64,000 bases of DNA from an uncultured Chloroflexia bacterium (GTDB lineage Bacteria; Chloroflexota; Limnocylindria; Limnocylindrales; CSP1-4): positions 448,001-512,000 of the forward strand of contig CAWHDR010000001.1 in NCBI GenBank assembly GCA_963828165.1, in the 5' to 3' direction. Each line of letters begins with the position of its first letter. Position 1 is the first letter of the stretch. This document shows, piece by piece, positions 28,710 through 38,703 of this stretch. The translations under genes and the position numbers were made by a program. Below the pieces are notes generated by a model. That model had not been told where the DNA came from, searched no databases, and worked only from the letters and a program-made list of their open reading frames with translations.

Positions 28710-29561
28710 ATGTCCCGGAACGTCCGCGGCGCGCTCGTCCAGGCCAGCTGGACCGGCGACAAGGAATCGATGATCCAGAAACACGAGGAGCGGGCGCACG
28801 AGGCCGCCAAACAGGGCGCCCAGTTCGTCCTCTTCCAGGAGCTGTTCTACGGGCCGTATTTCTGCCAGGTCCAGGACGCCCAGTACTACAGCTACACCGA
28901 GCTGATCCCGGACGGGCCCACGACCAAGCGCATGCAGGACCTCGCCAAGCAGACGGGCATGGTCGTGGTCGCGCCGATGTACGAGGAAGACGAGAAGGCG
29001 TCGGGCATCTACTACAACACCGCGGCGGTCATCGACGCGGACGGGACGTATCTCGGCAAGTACCGCAAGACCCACATCCCGCACGTGAAGGGGTTCTGGG
29101 AGAAGTTCTACTTCCGGCCGGGCAACCTCGGCTACCCGGTATTCGAGACGGCGGTCGGCAAGGTCGGCGTGTACATCTGCTACGACCGGCACTTCCCGGA
29201 GGGCGCCCGGGCGCTCGGGCTCAACGGGGCAGAGATCGTGTTGATCCCGTCGGCCACGTCCCGGGGTCTGAGCGAGTACCTCTGGCGGATCGAGCAGCCC
29301 AGCCACGCCGTCGCCAACGGCTACTACGTCGGGACGATCAACCGGGTCGGGATCGAGAAGGACATCGGTGACGACGACTTCTACGGACAGAGCTACTTCG
29401 TCGATCCGCGCGGCCAGTTCGTCGGTGACGTCGCCTCGGCGCATGACGAGGAGCTGATCGTGCGCGACCTCGATCTCGAGCGGATCCAGGAGGTCCGCAA
29501 TACCTGGCAGTTCTATCGCGACCGCCGGCCGGACGCCTACAGCGACCTCGTCGCCCCCTGA
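28710..29561 (+). CDS. Nitrilase-family C-N hydrolase (beta-ureidopropionase-like)
   Basis: Triad QELF / YRKTHIP / ICYDRHFPE. Confidence 0.92.
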   Translation: MSRNVRGALVQASWTGDKESMIQKHEERAHEAAKQGAQFVLFQELFYGPYFCQVQDAQYYSYTELIPDGPTTKRMQDLAKQTGMVVVAPMYEEDEKASGIYYNTAAVIDADGTYLGKYRKTHIPHVKGFWEKFYFRPGNLGYPVFETAVGKVGVYICYDRHFPEGARALGLNGAEIVLIPSATSRGLSEYLWRIEQPSHAVANGYYVGTINRVGIEKDIGDDDFYGQSYFVDPRGQFVGDVASAHDEELIVRDLDLERIQEVRNTWQFYRDRRPDAYSDLVAP

Positions 29562-29570
29562 ACCTGCCGG

Positions 29571-30563
29571 ATGCAGTTCGGATTCACGCTCAAGCCTGAG
29601 CATTCGATCGAGCGCACCCTCGCCCTCACCCGGGCGGCCGAGGCGGCCGGGTTCGAGTACGGCTGGCTGTTCGACAGCCACGTGCTGTGGCGTGATCCGT
29701 ACCCGCTCCTGACGCTGATGGCTGGTGCTACCGACCGGTTGCGGCTGGGCACGTGCGTCACCAACCCAGGCACCCGCGAACCGACGGTCACCGCCTCGTC
29801 GCTGGCGACGCTCGATGAGCTGTCGGACGGCCGCATGGACCTCGGCATCGGGCGTGGTGACTCCGCGCGACGCGTGCTCGGGAAGCCACCGATCACGCTG
29901 GCTCACACCGAGGAGGCGATCCGGGTCATCCGGGCCCTCGTCGCCGGCGAGACCATCGCCTACGAAGGCACCGACCTGCAGTTCCCGTGGACCCGCGGCT
30001 GGACCCTGCCCGTCTGGGTCGCCGGCTATGGGCCGCTTGCCCTGGCGATGACCGGTCGCGTCGCGGACGGGCTCATCCTGCAGCTCGGCGATCCGGATCT
30101 CGTCCGCTGGTTCGTCGGGCAGGTTCGGGAGGCGGCGACGGCCGCCGGACGCGATCCCGCGAGCCTCCGGATCCAGGCCGCGGCCCCGGCGCACGTCGCT
30201 CCACGTGATGTCGGGCGCGAGCGGACGCGCTGGTTCCCGGCTCTCGTCTCCAACCACGTCGTCGACCTGGTGAACAAGTACCCGCGCGAGCAGCTGCCCG
30301 AGACGCTCACCGGCTACATCACCGATCGCGAGGGCTACGACTACCGGCACCACGCCGAGGTCGGCTCGTCCAACGCGGCGTTCGTGGGTGACGAGGTGAC
30401 GGACCGGTTCGCGATCCTGGGCCCGGCCGACGAGCATGTCGCGAAGCTGCGCGAGCTCGCTGCCGCCGGCGTCGATCAATTCAACCTGTACCTGATGAAC
30501 GGCGACGAGGAGGCCCAGATCGAGGCCTACGGTCGGGACGTGATCCCGGCGATGCGCGGATAG
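29571..30563 (+). CDS. LLM-class F420-dependent oxidoreductase (TIGR03842-like)
   Basis: FDSHVLW, VTNPGTR, GIGRGDS, PALVSNHV; located between nitrilase and hydA. Confidence 0.88.
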   Translation: MQFGFTLKPEHSIERTLALTRAAEAAGFEYGWLFDSHVLWRDPYPLLTLMAGATDRLRLGTCVTNPGTREPTVTASSLATLDELSDGRMDLGIGRGDSARRVLGKPPITLAHTEEAIRVIRALVAGETIAYEGTDLQFPWTRGWTLPVWVAGYGPLALAMTGRVADGLILQLGDPDLVRWFVGQVREAATAAGRDPASLRIQAAAPAHVAPRDVGRERTRWFPALVSNHVVDLVNKYPREQLPETLTGYITDREGYDYRHHAEVGSSNAAFVGDEVTDRFAILGPADEHVAKLRELAAAGVDQFNLYLMNGDEEAQIEAYGRDVIPAMRG

Positions 30564-30707
30564 CCCTCCGGTCCCGTCTCGCCGGGTCGAGGGCTGGCCC
30601 CATCGTCCGGCTGGACGGGCCCGCCCGCTCGGGCGCACGATGAGGGGGATCGCGCGACCCTTGCCCGAGCGCCCGGTGGCGCCGGCCCTGACGAGGAGCT
30701 TGCACCC

Positions 30708-30896
30708 ATGAACATGTTCCGGCGAGCCCATGACCCGTGGTGGGATCTGGAGGGCCGGGGGGCGAAGCGCGATCGCATCCGCCACAAGATCGTCGCCGAC
30801 ATCGCGTTCGCCCTGGCCATCGTGGCCTGCGGGTTCACGGCCGCGATCTGGCTGCGCACGCTGGCGCCGGTCGTCGGAGATCTCGGCCTCGGCTGA
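30708..30896 (+). CDS. Small membrane protein
   Basis: GAGGAG SD; one TM helix. Confidence 0.6.
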   Translation: MNMFRRAHDPWWDLEGRGAKRDRIRHKIVADIAFALAIVACGFTAAIWLRTLAPVVGDLGLG

Positions 30897-30972
30897 CCCG
30901 CGCCAACTGGGTCCTGCCCATCGCCTACCATCTCCCTCCTGACGGCCGCTGTCTTCTCGACAGGAGGGATCG

Positions 30973-32370
30973 ATGCGCACGCTCATCACCAACGGCACCA
31001 TCGTCACGGCCGAGGGCTCGCAGGCCGCCGATGTGCTCATCGACGGCGAGACCATCGTGGCCATCGGTGCCGGGCTGGCGGGCGCGGGGATGACGGCCGA
31101 CGAGACGATCGACGCGAGCGGGAGGTACGTCATCCCGGGAGCGATCGACGTCCACACGCACATGGAGCTGCCGTTCGGCGGGACCTTCGCCAAGGACACG
31201 TTCGAGACGGGCACCCGGGCGGCGGCCTTCGGTGGCACGACGACCGTCGTCGACTTCGCCGTGCAGTCCCGCGGCGCCTCGCTGCGCGAGGGCCTCGACG
31301 CCTGGCATGCCAAGGCCGAGGGGAATGCGGTCGCCGATTACGGGTTCCACATGATCATGAGCGACGTCAACGACGGGACGCTCGCAGAGATGGACCAGCT
31401 CGTGGCCGAGGGCGTCCCGGACTTCAAGCTGTTCACGGCCTACCCGGGCGTCTTCTACAGCGACGATGGCGCGATCTTCCGCGCCATGCAACAGACCGCC
31501 AGAAACGGCGGGCTGATCATGATGCACGCCGAGAACGGGATGGCCATCGACGTCGTCGCCGAACAGACGGTTGCCGCCGGAACGAGCGACCCGATCGGCC
31601 ACGGCCTTGCCCGCAAGGCGATCTTCGAGGGCGAGGCGACCAACCGGGTCATCCGCCTGGCCGAGGCGGCCGACGTGCCGGTCTACATCGTCCATTTGTC
31701 GGCGCGTGAGGCGCTCGAGGCCGTCCGTGACGCGCGCGACCGGGGTACGGCCGCATTCGCCGAGACCTGCCCGCAGTACCTCTTCCTGTCGCTCGACGAC
31801 ATGGGCAACGGGTTCGAGGGCGCGAAGTACGTGTGCTCCCCGCCCCTGCGCTCGAAGGACCACTGGGAGGATCTCTGGAAGGGCCTCATCAAGGACGACC
31901 TGCAGATCGTGTCCACGGACCACTGCCCGTTCGACTTCGAAGGGCAGAAGGAGATGGGCCGCGGCGACTTCCGCAAGATCCCCAACGGGCTGCCGGGCGT
32001 CGAGGACCGGGTCGACCTGCTTCACGACGGTGGCGTCGTCGGCGGCCGCATCTCCAGGGAGCGCTGGGTCGAGGTGATCTCGACGGCGCCCGCGAAGCTG
32101 TTCGGGATGTATCCGCGAAAAGGCTCGGTCAGCGTCGGGGCTGATGCCGACCTCGTGATCTACGACCCCCAGCGCAAGCGGACGATCTCGGCGAAGACGC
32201 ACCACATGGACGTGGACTACTCGTGCTACGAGGGGCGGACGGTCCAGGGCTCGAGCGACGTCGTGCTGTCGCGGGGCTCGGTCATCGTCCGCGACGGGAC
32301 GTTCACGGGGCGCAAGGGCCACGGTCGGTTCATCAAGCGAGCGCCGGCCGAGTACGCGCGGATGGCGTGA
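30973..32370 (+). CDS. hydA: Dihydropyrimidinase
   Basis: DVHTH, FKLF, HAENG, VHLS, STDHCPF, PNGLPG. Confidence 0.95.
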   Translation: MRTLITNGTIVTAEGSQAADVLIDGETIVAIGAGLAGAGMTADETIDASGRYVIPGAIDVHTHMELPFGGTFAKDTFETGTRAAAFGGTTTVVDFAVQSRGASLREGLDAWHAKAEGNAVADYGFHMIMSDVNDGTLAEMDQLVAEGVPDFKLFTAYPGVFYSDDGAIFRAMQQTARNGGLIMMHAENGMAIDVVAEQTVAAGTSDPIGHGLARKAIFEGEATNRVIRLAEAADVPVYIVHLSAREALEAVRDARDRGTAAFAETCPQYLFLSLDDMGNGFEGAKYVCSPPLRSKDHWEDLWKGLIKDDLQIVSTDHCPFDFEGQKEMGRGDFRKIPNGLPGVEDRVDLLHDGGVVGGRISRERWVEVISTAPAKLFGMYPRKGSVSVGADADLVIYDPQRKRTISAKTHHMDVDYSCYEGRTVQGSSDVVLSRGSVIVRDGTFTGRKGHGRFIKRAPAEYARMA

Positions 32371-32810
32371 CAACGGGTACGCGTCGTCACCTGTCCGTCC
32401 CGGCCGATCTCGATCGCCTGGCCGATATCCGTACGCTCGTGCGCGAGGTGGCGACCAGTTGCGGGGCTCCCGAGGTCTGCATGGACGAGCTCGTGCAGGC
32501 GGTCGACGAGGCTGCGACCAATGTCGCGGTCCACGGCTACCGGGGCGCCCGGGGCGATCTCGACGTGACCGCGGAGCTGGTCGGGGACCGGATCGTGATC
32601 ACGCTCGAGGACACCGCCCCACTCTTCGACCCGACCCTCGCGCCCGACGCCGACGTCTCGAGCGCGCCCCAATCACGAAAGCCTGGCGGGATGGGCATCC
32701 ACCTGATGCGTCTCGCCACGGACTCGGTCACGCACGCGCCGCGGCCGGGTGGCGGCAATATCCTGACCCTGGAACGTCGATTGGATCCGCGCCCGAAGGA
32801 GGATCGCTGA
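32367..32810 (+). CDS. Anti-sigma factor Ser/Thr kinase (RsbW-like HATPase)
   Basis: AVDEAATNVAVHGY, EDTAPLFDP, GGMGIHL; GTGA overlap with hydA. Confidence 0.88.
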   Translation: MTTGTRRHLSVPADLDRLADIRTLVREVATSCGAPEVCMDELVQAVDEAATNVAVHGYRGARGDLDVTAELVGDRIVITLEDTAPLFDPTLAPDADVSSAPQSRKPGGMGIHLMRLATDSVTHAPRPGGGNILTLERRLDPRPKEDR

Positions 32811-33214
32811 TGGCTATGGAAACGACGATCGAGCGGATCGAGGGGCCGATCCCGGTCACCGTCGTGAACCTCGACGGCGAGCTGGATGCGTCGAACTTCG
32901 AGGCCCTCATCGATACGGTCCGAGGGCTGTACGACGAAGGGGCGCGCCAGTTGCTGCTGGACCTGTCGCAGCTGCGGTTCATGGCGAGCTCCGGGCTCGT
33001 CGCACTCCACTCGATCGTGCGCATCATGCACGGCGAACCGCCGCTGGACCCGGAGGCCGGCTGGTCGGCGCTCCATACCCAGGTCGGAGAGACCCAGACC
33101 GAGGTCCAGCTGTGCGGGCCGCTCCCGGCGGTCGAACGGGTCCTTGCCCGCACCGGTCTCGATCGGATGTTCGTCGTCCACCCGGATCGGGCGTCGGCGC
33201 TCGCCGCGATCTGA
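32810..33214 (+). CDS. STAS anti-anti-sigma factor
   Basis: GELDAS, LLDLSQLRFMASSGL, RTGLD. Confidence 0.9.
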   Translation: MAMETTIERIEGPIPVTVVNLDGELDASNFEALIDTVRGLYDEGARQLLLDLSQLRFMASSGLVALHSIVRIMHGEPPLDPEAGWSALHTQVGETQTEVQLCGPLPAVERVLARTGLDRMFVVHPDRASALAAI

Positions 33215-33260
33215 CCGGCGCGGGACGAAGCAGGGTCCCGTGCCGGGGCAGGGAACCACG

Positions 33261-34322
33261 ATGCCGCTTGATCCGGAGGCGATCATCGCGCCGTTTCGTG
33301 CGCTGCCCGGTGTCGATATCGCGATCGAAGGTCCGGCCGGCGTCGTCCTCGCCGGCACGACGAGCGAGCCGCCCCCCGGTGACGCCGTCACGCAGGTGAT
33401 CGAGGCCGGGCCGCTGGCGGGTAGCCGGATCAGCGTCTGGGGGGCTCGCGCCGACCCGGAGCTGACGGGGGCCTTCCTTGCGTCGCTGGCCGGCGTCCTG
33501 GCGCGAGGCGGCCACGCGGATCCTTCGACGGCGTCGCCGGATGCTGCCCACGTGCAACAAATCGACAATGAGCTGGCCCACGGGCGGCTTCTCCAGCGCA
33601 GCTTCGTGTCCCTCGTCGCCCCCGACGTTCCGGGCTACGAAGTGGCGAGCTACTACGAGGCCGCGCGCGAGGTCGGCGGCGACTTCTTCGATCTCTTCCG
33701 GCTGCGACGGCGCGGTCACCCGTTGAGCGTCGTGATCGCCGACGTCACCGGCAAGGGCATCGCCGCTGCGCTCCTGATGGCATTCTCTCGGCCGCTCCTC
33801 CACGCGGCCATCGATCAAACGACCGGGCCCGCTGCGGCGCTCGAGCGCACGAACCGCATCCTCGTCGAGGAGCGGCGATCCTCCTTGTTCATCACGGCGC
33901 TGTGCGCCCGGATGGATCTGCCCAGCGGCCGCCTCGCGGTGGCGAACGCGGGGCACGAGCCGCCGCTGGTGGCGCGGGCCGACGGCTCGCCCATCGAATG
34001 CCTGCTCGGGTCGGGTCCGTTGATCGGGGCCTTCGCGACCATAGCGATTCCCGAGGTTGCGACGGATCTGGCGCCCGGCGACCTCGTCTTGTTCTATACC
34101 GACGGGGTCACCGATGCGCGCGATGCCACCGGTGAGCGGTTCGAGGAGCAGCGCCTGTTCGCGGCCGTCGAGTCGGCACGTGGCCGGACGGCACAGGAGG
34201 TCGTCGATGCGGTGGCCGGCGCGGTGGATCGATTCCAGGGACCCACCGAGCCGGCGGACGATGTCACGATCGTGGCCATTCGACGGTCGCCAGCCCGGAC
34301 CCCCGCCCACTCCCGCTCGTAG
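33261..34322 (+). CDS. PP2C/SpoIIE phosphatase (RsbU-like)
   Basis: VGGDFFD, ADVTGKG, NAGH, YTDGVTD, DDVT. Confidence 0.93.
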   Translation: MPLDPEAIIAPFRALPGVDIAIEGPAGVVLAGTTSEPPPGDAVTQVIEAGPLAGSRISVWGARADPELTGAFLASLAGVLARGGHADPSTASPDAAHVQQIDNELAHGRLLQRSFVSLVAPDVPGYEVASYYEAAREVGGDFFDLFRLRRRGHPLSVVIADVTGKGIAAALLMAFSRPLLHAAIDQTTGPAAALERTNRILVEERRSSLFITALCARMDLPSGRLAVANAGHEPPLVARADGSPIECLLGSGPLIGAFATIAIPEVATDLAPGDLVLFYTDGVTDARDATGERFEEQRLFAAVESARGRTAQEVVDAVAGAVDRFQGPTEPADDVTIVAIRRSPARTPAHSRS

Positions 34323-34358
34323 GACGATCCGGCAGGTCTGCCAAGCGCTGAACGTGAA

Positions 34359-34389
34359 CGGACCCGCCGGATTGGTTCCGGCGGGTCCG
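34359..34389. terminator. Hairpin between convergent genes
   Basis: CGGACCCGCCGGA-TTGGT-TCCGGCGGGTCCG. Confidence 0.7.
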
Positions 34390-34408
34390 CGAGGAGGAGA
34401 TCGGCGGG

Positions 34409-34858
34409 TTAGACGGCGTCAGACGGGCGGCGGCTGAAGATGCGGAGTGCGGCGAGGATCAGCGCCTCGACCAAGGTCCAGCCGATCAGCGCGACCAGCG
34501 CCGCGACATCGAGCCTCGACTCGCCTGCAGTCACGCGGTCGATCGAGAACATCCCGCGGAACGGTTCGACGAACGGGTCGGTGATGCTGAGGATCAGCGA
34601 TACGACGTCGTTGCCGGTGTTTGCGACGAGCAGCAGCAGGATGATCCGGAGGATCAGCGCCGCCTGGAGGATGCCGAAGAGGAAGGTGACGACCCGCGAC
34701 GCGGTCGTGACGCCGCTCGGTCCGGGCGCGACGTAGGCTCGTTCGGTGGTTCGGACGGATGCGGCTTGGGTCGCGGGATCGGTGTAGCCGGGTGCCGCCG
34801 GTGCGGCCGGGTCGACCGTGGTGGTCTCCCGGGTCGTGGTTCGCTCGTAATCGGTCAT
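34409..34858 (-). CDS. YggT-like membrane protein
   Basis: ILRIILLLL..ITDPFVEPFRGMF; GGAGG SD. Confidence 0.75.
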   Translation of the reverse strand: MTDYERTTTRETTTVDPAAPAAPGYTDPATQAASVRTTERAYVAPGPSGVTTASRVVTFLFGILQAALILRIILLLLVANTGNDVVSLILSITDPFVEPFRGMFSIDRVTAGESRLDVAALVALIGWTLVEALILAALRIFSRRPSDAV

Positions 34859-34955
34859 GGTTGGGCCTCCCTGGGACGGGCTGACCCAGGCAGCATGGGC
34901 CGCCGAGGTCCCGTGAGACGTCGCAACCCCCGAGCGGCCGAGTTGCAGCGGCGTG

Positions 34956-35702
34956 TCAGCGGCGCCACGCAAATAGACGCGTCGCACCGACATCGCACCA
35001 CACAAGGCCCGGCTCGGCGGGCGGCTCTTCGCCAAGTATGAGCGCGCGGACCCAACCGAGCGACGAACCCGGGAGGCGGGCCGCAAAGATTTCCGGATAG
35101 CGGCGAACCAGCGCTCTGTTTCTAGCCGTGGCGCGTACGACCCAGCACCCGGCGACGCGATGCGGGCGTTCGCCACCGACCGCGACGGCAAACGCTTCCG
35201 CCTCGGCGAGCTTTCGAGTTGACGCGCGAGCAGCGGCACCAAGATCCCCAATCGTGTTCCAGCACTCCACGAACGTTAGTCGGCGGCGGCGATCGTCGCG
35301 GAGGCCAACATCGGTCGAGCGTGACGGGTCCGCCGGCCGGGTCGGTAGCTCGAAGGATCCGCGATATCCGGCCGCACGCCCGAGTCGAAGCACCAGCTCC
35401 TGGATGCGCAGGTGGCCCGCGTCGATCGGCTCCTCGGTGGGATCCCGACCGAGGTCAATGTCAAGGCGGGTGTCGAGGGCAACAGCCACTCGCTGCCAGG
35501 TATCGAGGGTGTGACCGCCGCCGAGTCCGCGCTCCATAGCCGACACGGCGGATCGCGAGAGGCCGACTCGCTCGGCCAGCCGCTGCTGGGTCATGCCTCG
35601 TCGCCGGCGAGCCCCCCGGATCCGACCGCCGAGTCTGGCCGTCTGCTCTCGATTGCGCCGGCCGGCTTCCGCGGCCAGTTCCTGCTTCCGGTATTTGGGC
35701 AC
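34956..35702 (-). CDS. XRE HTH protein with a C-terminal restriction-endonuclease-like domain
   Basis: TQQRLAERVGLSRSAVSAMERG; E..STDV..VECWN. Confidence 0.75.
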   Translation of the reverse strand: MPKYRKQELAAEAGRRNREQTARLGGRIRGARRRRGMTQQRLAERVGLSRSAVSAMERGLGGGHTLDTWQRVAVALDTRLDIDLGRDPTEEPIDAGHLRIQELVLRLGRAAGYRGSFELPTRPADPSRSTDVGLRDDRRRRLTFVECWNTIGDLGAAARASTRKLAEAEAFAVAVGGERPHRVAGCWVVRATARNRALVRRYPEIFAARLPGSSLGWVRALILGEEPPAEPGLVWCDVGATRLFAWRR

Positions 35703-36086
35703 GATGAATCCCCTTCGGGTGCCCGTTCCTAGGCGGGCTGGGCGACGGGCTGGAGGCGGCGGCCACGAACGCGACGTGAGCTTCGCCGCGGCCGTGCTTG
35801 CTCCATGATCGCCGCACGCCCTGCACGTGGCCTTATCTGGGTCGTCGGCGGCAGCCGGGTCGGCCCTAGCGCCTCAGACGCCCCCGTTTGACCATGCAGG
35901 CGGCACAGGCGTCGACAAGGGACGCGCGATCCTGCGTAAGTGGTCCGCATCCCCAGACATCGACCATGCAGCGGTCACGGACACGCCCAAGGGTGCGGCA
36001 GTGGCCTTTGGCGCCGCGGGCGCCGTCAGCATGGCTCGCGGGCAAGCCCGAGCGTCCAGCGCGCGCCAAGATCTCCGGGCGAGCCC

Positions 36087-37622
36087 TCAACGCGTACGCG
36101 GGAACCCCAGGTCCACCTTGGAAGTCCCCGGATCCGGCCAGCGCGACGTGACGATCTTGGCCCGCGTGTAGAACTGGATACCCTCCGGCCCGTACATGTG
36201 CAGGTCGCCGAAGAGCGAGGCCTTCCAGCCGCCGAAGCTGTAGTACGCCACGGGCACCGGGATCGGCACGTTGATGCCCACCATGCCGGTGTTCACTTCG
36301 AACTGGAACTGGCGAGCCGCGCCGCCATCGCGGGTGAAGATCGCCGTCCCGTTGCCATAGGGGTTGTCGTTGACCAGGGCGACCGCCTCTGGATAGCTCG
36401 GGACGCGGACCACTTCGAGGACCGGCCCGAAGATCTCGTTCCGGTAGCACTCCATCTCCGGGCTCACCCGGTCGAGGAGCGAAACCCCGAGGAAGAAGCC
36501 CTTCCCTTCCTGGAACAGGACGTGCTGTCGGCCGTCGACGACCAGGTCGGCGCCCTGGGCCGGTCCGGAATCCAGGTAGCTCGCGACCTTGTCGCGGTGC
36601 TCGCGGGTGACGAGCGGGCCCATCTCGGCATCCGGGTCCGTGCCGGGCCCTACCTTGATCTTCGGCAGGCGGACCTTGAGCGCCTCGACCAGCGGGTCGG
36701 CGATATCGCCGACGGCCACTACGACGCTGATCGCCATGCATCGCTCGCCCGCCGAGCCGTAGGCCGCGGATACGGCCGCATCGGCGGCCATGTCGATGTC
36801 CGCGTCGGGCAGGACGATCATGTGGTTCTTGGCGCCGCCGAGGGCCTGGACGCGCTTTCCGTTGCGGGTGCCGGTCTCGTAGATGTGCCGCGCGATGGGC
36901 GTCGACCCGACGAACGAGACGGCAGCGATGTCCGGGTGCTCGAGGATCGCATCGACGGCGACCTTGTCGCCGTGGACGACGTTGAAGACGCCATCCGGGA
37001 CCCCCGCGTCGTGGAGCAGCTCGGCCAGGAAGTTGGCGGCGGACGGGTCCTTCTCCGACGGCTTCAGGATGAAGGTGTTGCCGGTCGCGATGGCCGTCCC
37101 GAACATCCACATCGGGACCATGGCCGGGAAGTTGAACGGGGTGATGCCGGCCACGACCCCGAGTGGCTGGCGGATCTGGTACACGTCCACGCCGGTGCTG
37201 ACCTGCTCGCTGAAGCCCCCCTTGAGCAGGTGCGGAATCCCGGTCGCGAACTCGAGGTTCTCGAGCCCACGGGCGATCTCACCCAGCGCGTCCGACGGGA
37301 CCTTGCCGTGCTCGGCCGTCAGATGCGCCGCGAGCTCGTTGCGACGCTGGTCGACCAGGTTCCTGATCTTGAACATGATGTCGGTGCGCTTCGACAGCGA
37401 CGTCGCGCGCCAGGCGGGGAATGCCGCCTTGGCCGCGGCGACAGCCGCCGATACCTCGTCGACCGAGGCGAGATCGACGTGACGCGTCAGCTCCCCGGTC
37501 GCTGGGTCATACACCGGACCCTCGCGGCCGGATGTGCCCGGTACGAACCGACCGTCGATCCAGTGGCTGACCCGTCCGGGCGGGGACGTCTTGGAGATCT
37601 CGGGTTCAGCGACCTGCGTCAT
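36087..37622 (-). CDS. mmsA: CoA-acylating (methyl)malonate-semialdehyde dehydrogenase
   Basis: ITPFNFPAMVPMW, GGAKNH, AGERCMA, GINVPIPVP. Confidence 0.95.
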   Translation of the reverse strand: MTQVAEPEISKTSPPGRVSHWIDGRFVPGTSGREGPVYDPATGELTRHVDLASVDEVSAAVAAAKAAFPAWRATSLSKRTDIMFKIRNLVDQRRNELAAHLTAEHGKVPSDALGEIARGLENLEFATGIPHLLKGGFSEQVSTGVDVYQIRQPLGVVAGITPFNFPAMVPMWMFGTAIATGNTFILKPSEKDPSAANFLAELLHDAGVPDGVFNVVHGDKVAVDAILEHPDIAAVSFVGSTPIARHIYETGTRNGKRVQALGGAKNHMIVLPDADIDMAADAAVSAAYGSAGERCMAISVVVAVGDIADPLVEALKVRLPKIKVGPGTDPDAEMGPLVTREHRDKVASYLDSGPAQGADLVVDGRQHVLFQEGKGFFLGVSLLDRVSPEMECYRNEIFGPVLEVVRVPSYPEAVALVNDNPYGNGTAIFTRDGGAARQFQFEVNTGMVGINVPIPVPVAYYSFGGWKASLFGDLHMYGPEGIQFYTRAKIVTSRWPDPGTSKVDLGFPRTR

Positions 37623-37727
37623 GGGTGGATCCTCGTGCGATGGTGCGGCCCGGCGACGCGGGGCGCGGGGTGCAGTCCCCTCACGATACTCCGTTGACGC
37701 CATCGACCCGCTGTGGGGCTCGAAACC

Positions 37728-38600
37728 CTAGAACTGCGGCCGTGTCTCGGGATCCGGCCACGACGGACTGTCATCGCCGGCACGCGTCGCGCGGACTCGC
37801 GCGCGCCAGCGCGACCAATGCGGGAGCGCCGCGATCGTGATCGCCGCGCCAACGACGATCCCGGCAGCGATCAGGCCCGCGACCGGGAACGGCCCGAGTA
37901 CCGCGGGATCGCGCCACGTGATCGAGACGGCAGCTCGGACCATCGCCCACGCCCCGATGGCCAGGAGCAGCAGACGCCCCTGCGTCGCCCGAGATCGGTC
38001 GCCCACGCCGCCGAGGATCAGCAGCAGGACCAGGACGAGCGTCGCGCTCCCCTCGTAGAGCTGCGCCGGGTGCGACGGAAGCTCGGGAACCAGTGAGGCC
38101 CAGGGACCCGGACCGAGGTATGCCGTCGACCAGACGGCGTCGAGCGGCGATCCCTGGCCGCTCCCGCCGAGCGCCATGGCCAGCTTGCCGCCGCCCAGTG
38201 CCACGAGCAACGGCAAGGCCAGCACGTGCGCCCAGCGGCCCACCGGTGCGCCGAGCAGCTTTCCGACGTAGGCGCCGGTCAGCGACCCGCCGACGACGGC
38301 GAGCCCGAGCTCGAGCCCGCCGATCGCGGGATCGAGCAGACTGAGCGGACTGGCGGCGAAGGCCTCGGGGACCGTCGTCAGCTGGCCGAGCCGACCTCCG
38401 ATCACGGCTCCTGGCACGGCTCCCACGACGATGTACAGCAGGTCGTCCGGGCGCAATGAAGAGCGCCGAGCCAGGACGCCCGCGACCACCAGGCAGGCGC
38501 CGACCAGGGCGGCAAGGGCGACCGTCTGCCAGCGCACGACGAGGCCGTCGCCGAGGCGCAAGAGGGGGTCGAAATCGAACGCGATGACGGCGATCGGCAC
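37728..38600 (-). CDS. Divergent Lgt-family membrane protein
   Basis: FDP..W, GGRLG, HPAQLYEG present; the GRxGN motif is altered to GKLAM. Confidence 0.75.
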   Translation of the reverse strand: MPIAVIAFDFDPLLRLGDGLVVRWQTVALAALVGACLVVAGVLARRSSLRPDDLLYIVVGAVPGAVIGGRLGQLTTVPEAFAASPLSLLDPAIGGLELGLAVVGGSLTGAYVGKLLGAPVGRWAHVLALPLLVALGGGKLAMALGGSGQGSPLDAVWSTAYLGPGPWASLVPELPSHPAQLYEGSATLVLVLLLILGGVGDRSRATQGRLLLLAIGAWAMVRAAVSITWRDPAVLGPFPVAGLIAAGIVVGAAITIAALPHWSRWRARVRATRAGDDSPSWPDPETRPQF

Positions 38601-38703
38601 GGTCCCGGCAGTGTACCCGTGCGTGGGGTGTCGGCTGGCCGACACGTGGCCTGTCGCGCGTTCCGTCGCGGCTCGATGCCACAGCCGACACCATGCCGGT
38701 CAT

